Assembly (NCBI GenBank): GCA_046045965.1
Contig: JBJOKS010000004.1
Coordinates: 1 to 64,000, forward strand
DNA: 64,000 nt
Source of the DNA: Cyanobacteriota bacterium
GTDB taxonomy: Bacteria > Cyanobacteriota > Cyanobacteriia > Cyanobacteriales > Nostocaceae
Direction of reading: 5' to 3'
Shown here: in pieces, positions 1-9,257 of the stretch
Numbering within the stretch: position 1 is the first letter of the stretch
Layout: each line of letters opens with the position of its first letter
The notes under the pieces: generated by a model
Seen by the model: the letters and a program-made list of their open reading frames with translations, nothing else
The model's database searches: none
What the model was told of the DNA's origin: nothing
Program-made: the position numbers and the translations under genes

Positions 1-180
1 ATTTTAAACCAACCAGATCCAAAAGCCAGAGTTTGGGGAACAGCAGCGGCCTGTTGTGCTGCCATTTTTAATGGTGCTGATATTCTCAGAGTTCACGATG
101 TTGCCGAAATGCGTGATGTCTCCCTGGTTGCTGATGCTATCTATCGAACAGGTGACAAGGAATATGGGAGAAATGACTAA
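1..180 (+). CDS. folP: Dihydropteroate synthase, C-terminal fragment (runs off window start)
   Basis: Frame +1 translates ILNQPDPKARVWGTAAACCAAIFNGADILRVHDVAEMRDVSLVADAIYR..., containing the DHPS G-A-x-I-L-R-V-H-D-V motif; TAA at 178-180. Confidence 0.9.
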   Translation: MLNQPDPKARVWGTAAACCAAIFNGADILRVHDVAEMRDVSLVADAIYRTGDKEYGRND

Positions 181-201
181 TGACTAATGACTAATGAGCT
201 A

Positions 202-1050
202 TTAATTAGCACCATTACCATTACCAGAAGTTTTAATATCATCATCTTTATTTACGGACTCAGCAATTAATTCTTGAAACATATCTGTTGAGTTAGCTGG
301 ATCTACAAACACAATTTTGGCATTATTACTTTCTCCCAGTTTTTGGCTGGCTTGTACATAATCTTGAGCAACAAGATACCGTAAAATGTCCTTGCTTTCG
401 GGGTGGGAACGTAAGACTTCAGAAATAATTTCCATCGAAGCTCTAGTTCCTTCCGCTTTTTTAACCGCTGCTTGTCTTTCCCCTTCAGCAGCAGCAATTA
501 CAGCCCGTCTTCTGATTTCTGCTGCTTGTTGCTCTGCCATTGACTTTTGTACACTTTCAGGTGGTGTAATTCTCTGAATGTCTAACCTGATGATAGTAAC
601 TCCCCAATCTCTTGTAATTGGATTTAATTGATCTAATATAGTTCTGTCCATATCTGCCCTAGACATATTAGTATCTTCTAAGGAGTTTTGGGCAATAATT
701 TCCCGCAGTGTAGTTGTGGTTAAATTAATAAGTCCTTGTTGTAGATTGTCAATTGCATAAAAGCTTTTTTCAATTTCCGTGATCCGCCAGTAAACAACTG
801 CATCAACTTCCAGATAAACACCATCTTTTGTGATCACATTCTGAGGCTTGATGTCTAAAACCTGTTCCCGTGTTGTATCCTCCATGACAATTTGATCAAG
901 GAAAGGAACTATGAAGTTAGGTCCTGCTTTAAGTTTCCGATGATACCGTCCTAATCTTTCAACCAGGGCTTCATTACCTTGGTTAATCAGTTTAGCCGAT
1001 CCCAAGGCATAACCTATGAGTGCTAAAACTATAGCAATAATTGGCTCCAT
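202..1050 (-). CDS. SPFH/Band 7 (stomatin/paraslipin-like) membrane protein
   Basis: N-terminal TM segment, ERLGRY...GPNFIVPFLD, QNVITKD and WGVTIIRLDIQRITPP motifs. Confidence 0.9.
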   Translation of the reverse strand: MEPIIAIVLALIGYALGSAKLINQGNEALVERLGRYHRKLKAGPNFIVPFLDQIVMEDTTREQVLDIKPQNVITKDGVYLEVDAVVYWRITEIEKSFYAIDNLQQGLINLTTTTLREIIAQNSLEDTNMSRADMDRTILDQLNPITRDWGVTIIRLDIQRITPPESVQKSMAEQQAAEIRRRAVIAAAEGERQAAVKKAEGTRASMEIISEVLRSHPESKDILRYLVAQDYVQASQKLGESNNAKIVFVDPANSTDMFQELIAESVNKDDDIKTSGNGNGAN

Positions 1051-1277
1051 ATATGCTCCTATTTAGGGTTTGGGAGAATTGAGTGTAAAACGTCATGATA
1101 CCATTTTCAATTTTAGATTTTATATTTTGGGTTTAGAAAGACTGACTATAGCTCCTGTATAAATTACTTTTAGCTACGCTTATATTCGTTAAATAGAAGT
1201 TACAACATGAAATTTTACACTGCTCCTGCGTCATCTCAATTTAATCATAAAATATGTAAAAATTCAGCGAATATAAT

Positions 1278-1432
1278 ATGGCTTCGCCACGCTGGCGCGA
1301 ACGCTACCACACAAGCAAAGTCCACCTGCGTGGACTAACGAAAAATTAGGGGTTTCAAACCTGCGTAGGTAGGTTTTGTCTGTTGAGATGTGATTTATAA
1401 TCACCCAAGTTAGACTTTTCAAACATCCTCTG
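1278..1432. repeat. REP-like palindromic repeat composite, homologous (inverted) to 53990-54153
   Basis: Hairpins AGTCCACCTGCGTGGACT and AAACCTGCGTAGGTAGGTTT; aligns by eye with the reverse complement of about 53990-54116. Confidence 0.75.
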
Positions 1433-1467
1433 AGCATTGCTAAACCCCTACTGACTAGAACTATAAT

Positions 1468-2319
1468 TCATCCCCCCACATTCATTGCTGCTAAAAAAGC
1501 CTTTTGACTCACATCTTTGTACACGGTTTGTAAATAATTCATGGTGACATCACCCGCAGATGAATTCACTAAACTTTCCTCATCTTTAGCTAGGGGAATT
1601 GTTCCTAAAACATCTAATACTGTCTCACTTACACTAGGCGAAATTACCACTAAAGATGATTCTAAAGGCTCATGATATTGCCAGAAATTATCTAATGTTA
1701 ATGAATATTGATGCTTAGGTTCTGTCTGTTGAGTTTCTCCTTTCTCCTGTTTTAAAGGTTTTTCCTCAGCCTTTTCTAAATTTTTAGTGTTGCGTAACTG
1801 CCGTAAATCACTAATTATTTGCTCTCTGGTGCGTCCCCGTAATTGAAATAAAACAAAGGGATCTTCACTAAAGCGATCGCCTAATTGATAATACACAGCA
1901 CCAATATGTTTACAAGGTACTGCTTTATCAGGACAAGAACATTTACCGTGAACGTCCCCCAAGGTAAACGGAAATAATGAAAGTCCGTTACTTGTAAATA
2001 CATCTTCTATATTTTGGGGCATTTCTCCCGCTAGTAATTTAGCCGCAAAAATCGACTTATGGGACATCGTTTCAATCACATAACCCCACTCTTCATCACT
2101 AAAAGCATCCAAGGAAAGAGAAACCTTATAAGGTTCTACTTCACTACCTTGAACCCGCGCTAAAACTTTCGCACCTTTAAACTCAATACTCAAAACATTG
2201 CCTTGTCTAGAATAATTTCTAGCCCGTTCCAGACGCTTTTTAAACCGATAAGAATCTAGTAAATCTAGCCATCGCTGTGACCACCATTCTCTACTTGCTT
2301 GCAGGGTATCATTAGTCAT
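1468..2319 (-). CDS. SWIM zinc-finger protein (SNF2 partner)
   Basis: CSCPDKAVPCKH SWIM motif, RLERARNY and DPFVLFQLRG; likely start MTNDT at 2319. Confidence 0.9.
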   Translation of the reverse strand: MTNDTLQASREWWSQRWLDLLDSYRFKKRLERARNYSRQGNVLSIEFKGAKVLARVQGSEVEPYKVSLSLDAFSDEEWGYVIETMSHKSIFAAKLLAGEMPQNIEDVFTSNGLSLFPFTLGDVHGKCSCPDKAVPCKHIGAVYYQLGDRFSEDPFVLFQLRGRTREQIISDLRQLRNTKNLEKAEEKPLKQEKGETQQTEPKHQYSLTLDNFWQYHEPLESSLVVISPSVSETVLDVLGTIPLAKDEESLVNSSAGDVTMNYLQTVYKDVSQKAFLAAMNVGG

Positions 2320-2420
2320 AATTAATGCAAAAATTTGGATAAGGTATACAAACAAAATACTGGCAATAAAATGATTTTAGCCTATCAAAAAGACTTATAG
2401 GAGTTATTATTATTCCTATA

Positions 2421-3347
2421 TCAAACATCCTCTAACCAATTTTGCAAATCTTCCACAGTCTCTAAATCAAATATTGCCTCTCCTAAAGCTTCAACGATTT
2501 CTATATTTAAACTTCTAATTTTGGTTGCTAACTCTAGATCAATTTGTCCGAATTTTCTCTTAATTAGACGGAGAATTAAATTTTTTTCTCTTTCAATTCC
2601 TGTTTCAATTCCTCTTTCAATTCCTTCTTCCATCCAACTGGTGACAATTTGCATAACTTCCTCCTTTTCTTCTTTAATTAATGTGCCTATTTCTGTTTGA
2701 AATTTCTCTTTTTCTATTTTATTCAATCTCAAATATGTGTCAATGAAACCTGATATCAATTGCATTTTAGCTGGATTTAATTTTAAGGTGACTAATAACC
2801 TTAAACATTCTGCTTTGACTTTTGGCCTATCTTCTGGTGCTATACTCATTTTTGACATCAAAGCTGATGCAACTGGATTTGGACGGTTTAAAAAATCCCG
2901 CCAGTTGAGTTGATTGAGTTGCACTACTTGATAATTAAATTTTAGCACTTCAAAATCAGGAAAGTTGATTTGATAGTTATTCACGGCTACAGTTTTGGGT
3001 GAGTCGTAGGAAAATATAACTATCGGATATATTGGCAAGTCCAATTTTTCATCTAATCTCGCAAAATAACGAAACATTCTTTGATTAAATTTCGGTCTTG
3101 CACCTGATTCAGCTTCAATATGAATCAGAAAATAAGAAGGTTGACCTAAAAATTTAACTTTGGCTATCAGGTCAGTTTCATATTTGTCTCCTGCGGTGAC
3201 ATCAGTAAATATTTCTTTGTCTAAGAATGTAATTGATTCAGTGTCTATATATTCCAAAACTTGGGGGAAGAACAATTCTATAAATTCTATAAAAAAGGTT
3301 GATATTAGTTCTTTGAACAAGCGGTCATGGTCTATATTTTCTGTCAT
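2421..3347 (-). CDS. Rpn family (RpnC/YadD-like) PD-(D/E)xK nuclease with C-terminal DUF4351
   Basis: DHDRLFKEL start, TDLIAKV...IHIEAES nuclease motif, RMFRYFARL, EEGIERGIETGIE repeat, LIKRKFG...LGEAIFDL tail. Confidence 0.85.
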   Translation of the reverse strand: MTENIDHDRLFKELISTFFIEFIELFFPQVLEYIDTESITFLDKEIFTDVTAGDKYETDLIAKVKFLGQPSYFLIHIEAESGARPKFNQRMFRYFARLDEKLDLPIYPIVIFSYDSPKTVAVNNYQINFPDFEVLKFNYQVVQLNQLNWRDFLNRPNPVASALMSKMSIAPEDRPKVKAECLRLLVTLKLNPAKMQLISGFIDTYLRLNKIEKEKFQTEIGTLIKEEKEEVMQIVTSWMEEGIERGIETGIEREKNLILRLIKRKFGQIDLELATKIRSLNIEIVEALGEAIFDLETVEDLQNWLEDV

Positions 3348-3394
3348 CGTTTTATCTAAGTTAGGATTTATAGGATGTTTATGAGTATTGTTCT

Positions 3395-6300
3395 TTATTC
3401 TTCATCCTCATCAATAATTGCATTACGGTCTAATAATAGTAAATCACGTAATTGATCTGTATCTAATTCAGTTAACCATTCCTCACCAGCACCCACCACT
3501 TGTTCTGCTAATTGCTTTTTACTTTCAATCATCTCATGGATTTTTTCTTCTAAAGTTCCCGTACACACAAATTTATGAACTTGGACATTCTTAGTTTGTC
3601 CAATTCTAAATACTCTATCTGTGGCTTGATTTTCTACAGCAGGGTTCCACCATCTATCAAAGTGAAAGACATGATTTGCTCTGGTTAAATTCAAACCCAC
3701 ACCACCAGCTTTTAAAGACAGAATCATAATTGGTGGTCCTTGGGGATCATGTTGAAAACGGTCAATCATTTCTTCACGTTGCTTTTTAGTGGTGCTACCA
3801 TATAAAAAGAAAATTTCCCTACCTAAACGTTTTTCTAAATAAGGTTTAAGCAATTTCCCCCATTCCGCAAATTGGGTAAAAATTAAAGCGCGGTTTTCTT
3901 CTGCTAAAACTTCCTCTAACATTTCTTCTAAACGTTGTAATTTCGCAGAATTATGTTTTGATAAACTTGACTCTTTCAAATATTGTGCAGGGTGATTACA
4001 AATTTGTTTGAGTTTAACCAATAAAGCTAAAATCATTCCTCTGCGCTGTAAACCTTCTGCTGATTCAATTTCCACCAAAGATTCATCTACCAACTGTTGA
4101 TATAATTGCCCTTGTTCAGCAGTTAAACCACAAAATACAGTCATTTCTTGCTTTTCTGGCAAGTCTTGAATAATTGATTTATCAGTTTTTAATCTTCGTA
4201 AAATAAAAGGTTGAACTAATGACCGTAATTGTGTTAAAGAAGCAGTATCACCATACTTTTCTATCGGCATAGCAAACCGTCTTTGAAAAAACTGTTTATT
4301 ACCCAAATAACCAGGATTGAGAAAATCTAAAATAGACCATAATTCCTGCAATCTATTTTCTACCGGTGTTCCTGTTAAAGCAATTCTAAATGTAGTTTCT
4401 AATTGTCGTACGGCTTGAGATTGTTTTGCCTCGGCATTTTTGATATTTTGGGCTTCATCTAAAACAATGATTTGCCAATTCATGGTTTTTAATAAGTTGA
4501 TATCTCTTTGTACCAATGAATAGCTAGTAATTACTAAGTCGTATTTATTTACTGTAGCAGTAAAAGTTTTACCTTTGGGGCGTTTATCACCGTGATATTC
4601 TAAAACTTTCAGAGTAGGAGCAAATTTCTTAACTTCTCTTTCCCAATTACCTAAAACCGAAGTAGGACAAACTAAGAGAGTTGGGTTTTCTAGTGCATCT
4701 TGTTCTTGGAGATGGAGTAAAAAAGCGATGAACTGCACGGTTTTACCTAATCCCATATCGTCCGCTAAACACGCACCCAAACCCCACCTTTCCAGAAAAG
4801 CCAACCAAGCTGCACCACGTTCTTGATAAGGTCGTAATTGTCCCCGAAAATTATTAGGAGTTGGTAAAGGTTGAATTTCTTGATTATTAGTTAAAGCCCC
4901 AACTAATTCCTGTAATGCACCAGAAGCTTCAAAACTAACAACAGGCAATTTTTCAATGACTTGAGTATCTCCGGTACTAATTCTCAAAGCATCTTCTAAT
5001 GACAAAGACATCTGTTCTTTGCGAGATGCAAAAAAGTTTTGGGCGGTTTTAATATCTTGTGATCGCAGTTCTACCCACTCACCATTAATTTCTACCAAAG
5101 GACTATTTAAAGCTGCCAATTTATCAAACTCAGCTTTAGAAATTGTCTGTCCACCAATTGCTAATTGCCACTGAAAATTTAACAAACTTTGTAAACCCAA
5201 ACGTCCCTGTTTTTTCTTGGGTGGTTCGGCGCTAATTTTTAATCCTAAACGGTTAGCCCATCCTTCACGGTTAGCTAAACTTGGTGGTAAAATTACTCCT
5301 AAACCGCTATCTTCTAACCTCCAAGCAACAGACTTGATAAACTCATAAGCTTGCATGGGTGTAAGGAAGCAAAATTGCGGAGATTCGGTTTCTAAACTAG
5401 GTGCAATAATTGGATACAATCGAGAAGCCAAACCCAAACCCCGCAAAAATGTTTCCTGCGGTTGTTCAATTGTCCGATTTTGATAAGTTAACTTTTCAAC
5501 TGGATAATTCCAAATAGTTTTAGCATCTATTAAAAATTCCGCATCATCGGCTGCTTGCAGAAAATAAGCTAATATCCAATCTGTTTTTCCTTCTTCTGGG
5601 GGATGCAATTCAAAACAAGTCCGAAATGAAGCTTTTCCTGTTAATTGATATTGTAATGGTAAAGTCCATGCTTTTATTGCTGCTTCTAATCTTTCCAATC
5701 CCATTGCATCAGCATTAATTATTTTAGATGCCCCAGTTAAAGCCTGTAACCACTGTTGTACCGCAGGTGGTAAAGACATCATTAATCTATTCTCAATGGG
5801 AGATTGAGAACCAACCATATCGCGGATTTGGGCATCTATAATACTGTTGAGAAATCCCCAAATTAACTCTTGTGGTTCTTCAGGTAAATCAACTGCAAAA
5901 TTAACTTTAATATCTTCCCTATCTTGTTGATAAGTTCGACAAACTAAGGGCATTTTAGCTGCAAATTTTTCTAGCCGAGTTGCATCTACAGCACTGTCTA
6001 AAAGTACCTGCCATTTAGCAGTTACAGAACCATCTGATTCTTGGTGAATAGTTGGTAAAAATTTACCACGGGAAATTAAATCTAAACTCCAACGCGCCAT
6101 TTGTACCCAAAAACGTAAATCTCCCCCCAAAAAGGCATCTTTACTATCTGTTGAACTCAATGGTAAAGCGGTGAGAAATTTAATTGCTGCGCTGGGGTTG
6201 AGACAAAAACCATCTATTTTCCAAGGTTGTAAATATTGTGGTGAATTGATATCAATACCTAAACTAGCAGAATGTACCGTCGAGATTACTTGATCATTGT

Positions 6301-6628
6301 CGAAAAAGTTAGTTGATAGGGCAATAATTTGTGACTGGGTAGGTAAGGTTTTTTCTGTCCTGGGTTCTATTTTACGTCCTTTACCTTGACTAACAGTAAC
6401 TGGAGATGTTTTAATATTTTGATGATTTTGAATATAATTAGAAAGTTCTAAATTATTTGCTGTTAACCATTCACTCAACTCCGTTGGTGTCATTGCCAAG
6501 GGATTTAATGGTATTTCTGCTGAGGTAATAAAATCAAGGCTAATTTGGGAACTACGCCACATTTCTCCCCACACAAATAAACAAGGATTTTGATTTTTGT
6601 TCAACCAACTGCTGTGTAGAATTGCCAT
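3395..6628 (-). CDS. SNF2-family (DEAD/DEAH-box) ATP-dependent helicase
   Basis: LADDMGLGKT, DEAQNIKN, LTGTPVEN, GGVGLNL and WWNPAVENQATDRVFRIGQ motifs. Confidence 0.95.
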   Translation of the reverse strand: MAILHSSWLNKNQNPCLFVWGEMWRSSQISLDFITSAEIPLNPLAMTPTELSEWLTANNLELSNYIQNHQNIKTSPVTVSQGKGRKIEPRTEKTLPTQSQIIALSTNFFDNDQVISTVHSASLGIDINSPQYLQPWKIDGFCLNPSAAIKFLTALPLSSTDSKDAFLGGDLRFWVQMARWSLDLISRGKFLPTIHQESDGSVTAKWQVLLDSAVDATRLEKFAAKMPLVCRTYQQDREDIKVNFAVDLPEEPQELIWGFLNSIIDAQIRDMVGSQSPIENRLMMSLPPAVQQWLQALTGASKIINADAMGLERLEAAIKAWTLPLQYQLTGKASFRTCFELHPPEEGKTDWILAYFLQAADDAEFLIDAKTIWNYPVEKLTYQNRTIEQPQETFLRGLGLASRLYPIIAPSLETESPQFCFLTPMQAYEFIKSVAWRLEDSGLGVILPPSLANREGWANRLGLKISAEPPKKKQGRLGLQSLLNFQWQLAIGGQTISKAEFDKLAALNSPLVEINGEWVELRSQDIKTAQNFFASRKEQMSLSLEDALRISTGDTQVIEKLPVVSFEASGALQELVGALTNNQEIQPLPTPNNFRGQLRPYQERGAAWLAFLERWGLGACLADDMGLGKTVQFIAFLLHLQEQDALENPTLLVCPTSVLGNWEREVKKFAPTLKVLEYHGDKRPKGKTFTATVNKYDLVITSYSLVQRDINLLKTMNWQIIVLDEAQNIKNAEAKQSQAVRQLETTFRIALTGTPVENRLQELWSILDFLNPGYLGNKQFFQRRFAMPIEKYGDTASLTQLRSLVQPFILRRLKTDKSIIQDLPEKQEMTVFCGLTAEQGQLYQQLVDESLVEIESAEGLQRRGMILALLVKLKQICNHPAQYLKESSLSKHNSAKLQRLEEMLEEVLAEENRALIFTQFAEWGKLLKPYLEKRLGREIFFLYGSTTKKQREEMIDRFQHDPQGPPIMILSLKAGGVGLNLTRANHVFHFDRWWNPAVENQATDRVFRIGQTKNVQVHKFVCTGTLEEKIHEMIESKKQLAEQVVGAGEEWLTELDTDQLRDLLLLDRNAIIDEDEE

Positions 6629-6710
6629 ATTTCTAGTACGCTAATTTTTGGACAGAGCTAATATTTATTTATGAAATAATTTAGATTTGTTAATTTAGAA
6701 ATTAAATCTG

Positions 6711-6761
6711 CCTCCTGACACCTGTACGGACGAACGGCCGTTCCCCCCTCCTGACACCTGT
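6711..6761. repeat. Small palindromic REP/SDR-like element between 15-bp direct repeats
   Basis: CCTCCTGACACCTGT at 6711 and 6747 flanking ACGGACGAACGGCCGTTCCCC; related copy at 32701-32735. Confidence 0.65.
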
Positions 6762-6877
6762 GACGATGTTCAATTTAGTCTGTGAAACTAATATATCTAA
6801 CAGAAGCCGTCTATAGTGCATAAATGTTAGGATTGCCACAGAGAGAGAATAGCGTGCATAGAAGGAAAAAAAACTGA

Positions 6878-9034
6878 ATGGCAGAAGTTGATAAGTCAAT
6901 ATCCTTTGATGGACGGGATATTCGGCTGAAGGTTGGACTGTTAGCCCCCCAAGCTGGTGGGTCTGTGTTGATACAATCGGGGGATACAGCTGTTTTAGTC
7001 ACAGCTACGCGATCGCAAGCCAGAGAAGGCATTGATTTTCTTCCTCTTACGGTGGATTATGAAGAAAGATTGTATGCAGCGGGGAGAATCCCTGGTGGTA
7101 TCATGCGGCGGGAAGGTCGTCCACCAGAAAGAGCAATTCTTACCAGCCGCTTGATCGACCGTCCCCTTCGTCCTTTATTCCCTTCATGGTTACGGGATGA
7201 TTTGCAAGTAATTGCTTTCACCATGTCAATGGATGAGCAAGTACCGCCCGATGTGTTAGCTGTAACAGGTGCGTCTATTGCGACCCTAATTGCCCAAATT
7301 CCTTTTAATGGACCAATGGCAGCAGTGCGGGTAGGTTTAGTGGGTGATGATTTTATTATTAACCCCACCTATGCAGAAATTGAAGCAGGAGACTTGGATT
7401 TGATCGTAGCTGGTTCACCTGATGGTGTGATCATGGTGGAAGCGGGAGCAAATCAGTTACCAGAGCGCGATATTATCGAAGCGATTGATTTTGGCTACGA
7501 AGCAGTGCGGGATTTAATCCAAGCACAGCTGGATTTAGTAGAAGAACTCGGTCTAAAAATCGTCCAGGAAGCACCACCGGAAGTAGACCAAACACTAGAA
7601 AACTATATCCGCGATCGCGCAAGTGCTGAAATTAAAAACATCTTGGCGCAATTTGAGTTAACCAAAACTGAACGTGATACGGCTTTAGATGTAGTTAAAG
7701 ATGCTATCAAAGCTGAAATAGAAGCCCTACCCGAAGAAGACCCAATTCGATTAGCTGCTACAGCCAATAGCAAGGCACTTGGTAATACCTTTAAGGATAT
7801 CACCAAATATTTTATGCGCCGTCAAATCGTTGAAGACAACGTGCGCGTTGACGGTCGCAAACTAGATGAAGTCCGGCCTGTTTCCTGTCAAGTAGATGTT
7901 TTACCTAAGCGGGTACATGGTAGCGGTTTATTTAACCGAGGACTAACCCAGGTTCTAAGCTGCTGCACTCTCGGCACACCAGGAGATGCCCAAAACCTCA
8001 ATGATGATTTACAAGTAGATCAACATAAGCGTTACCTGCATCATTACAATTTTCCTCCCTTCTCAGTCGGGGAAACTAAACCGATGCGTGCGCCAGGAAG
8101 ACGGGAAATAGGTCACGGGGCTTTGGCAGAAAGAGCGATTTTACCCGTACTACCACCAAAAGAACAATTTCCTTACGTAATTCGCGTAGTCTCGGAAGTT
8201 CTTTCTTCTAACGGTTCTACCTCAATGGGTTCAGTCTGCGGTTCTACCCTCGCCCTCATGGATGCTGGTGTACCCATTACCAAACCCGTTAGCGGTGCTG
8301 CAATGGGCTTGATTAAGGAAGGAGACGAAGTGCGTGTTCTCACTGATATTCAAGGTATTGAAGACTTTTTAGGTGACATGGACTTCAAAGTTGCCGGTAC
8401 TGACACTGGGATCACAGCTTTACAAATGGATATGAAAATATCCGGGTTGTCTATAGACGTAATTAAACAAGCTGTTGACCAAGCTAAAGCTGCCCGGTTG
8501 CACATTCTGGACAAAATGCTCCAGACTATCGACACCCCCAGACAGGAAACTTCAGCCTTTGCCCCACGCCTGTTGACGATCAAGATTGATCCCGACATGA
8601 TTGGTTTAGTCATTGGACCCGGAGGCAAGACTATTAAGGGTATCACTGAAGAAACTGGTGCGAAAATTGACATCGAAGACGATGGTACTGTCACCATTTC
8701 CGCTGTTGATGAAGGCAGGGCGAAAAGAGCTAGGAACATTGTCCAAGGCATGACTCGCAAGCTGCATGAAGGTGATGTTTACGTTGGTCGTGTGACACGG
8801 ATTATACCAATTGGTGCATTTGTGGAATTTCTGCCCGGAAAAGAAGGCATGATTCACATTTCTCAACTCGCTGACTATCGTGTTGGTAAAGTTGAAGATG
8901 AAGTAGCAGTCGGTGATGAAGTGATTGTCAAAGTGCGCGAAATTGACAATAAGGGAAGAATTAACCTGACACGCTTGGGTATACACCCAGATCAAGCTGC
9001 TGCTGCGCGGGAAGCTGCGGCTACAAATCGTTAA
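6878..9034 (+). CDS. pnp: Polyribonucleotide nucleotidyltransferase (PNPase)
   Basis: [37 protein letters not shown] motifs plus KH and S1 domains. Confidence 0.98.
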   Translation: MAEVDKSISFDGRDIRLKVGLLAPQAGGSVLIQSGDTAVLVTATRSQAREGIDFLPLTVDYEERLYAAGRIPGGIMRREGRPPERAILTSRLIDRPLRPLFPSWLRDDLQVIAFTMSMDEQVPPDVLAVTGASIATLIAQIPFNGPMAAVRVGLVGDDFIINPTYAEIEAGDLDLIVAGSPDGVIMVEAGANQLPERDIIEAIDFGYEAVRDLIQAQLDLVEELGLKIVQEAPPEVDQTLENYIRDRASAEIKNILAQFELTKTERDTALDVVKDAIKAEIEALPEEDPIRLAATANSKALGNTFKDITKYFMRRQIVEDNVRVDGRKLDEVRPVSCQVDVLPKRVHGSGLFNRGLTQVLSCCTLGTPGDAQNLNDDLQVDQHKRYLHHYNFPPFSVGETKPMRAPGRREIGHGALAERAILPVLPPKEQFPYVIRVVSEVLSSNGSTSMGSVCGSTLALMDAGVPITKPVSGAAMGLIKEGDEVRVLTDIQGIEDFLGDMDFKVAGTDTGITALQMDMKISGLSIDVIKQAVDQAKAARLHILDKMLQTIDTPRQETSAFAPRLLTIKIDPDMIGLVIGPGGKTIKGITEETGAKIDIEDDGTVTISAVDEGRAKRARNIVQGMTRKLHEGDVYVGRVTRIIPIGAFVEFLPGKEGMIHISQLADYRVGKVEDEVAVGDEVIVKVREIDNKGRINLTRLGIHPDQAAAAREAAATNR

Positions 9035-9257
9035 TAACGATTAAGGATTTTAGATTTTGGATTAGAGATAAATCCCAATTCTAAAATCCGCGATGCCTTA
9101 TTTTACAGTGGGCATCGCTGTACGATTTTTTAATTATTATGAATAGTGAAATGATAAAAAGCCGAACGACAGAAGTTGCGGCTACACTAATACATAAGTT
9201 AGTATCATTATGAGTACGAGCAAGTACACAAACGATTTTATTGAGAATTTATAAGAT

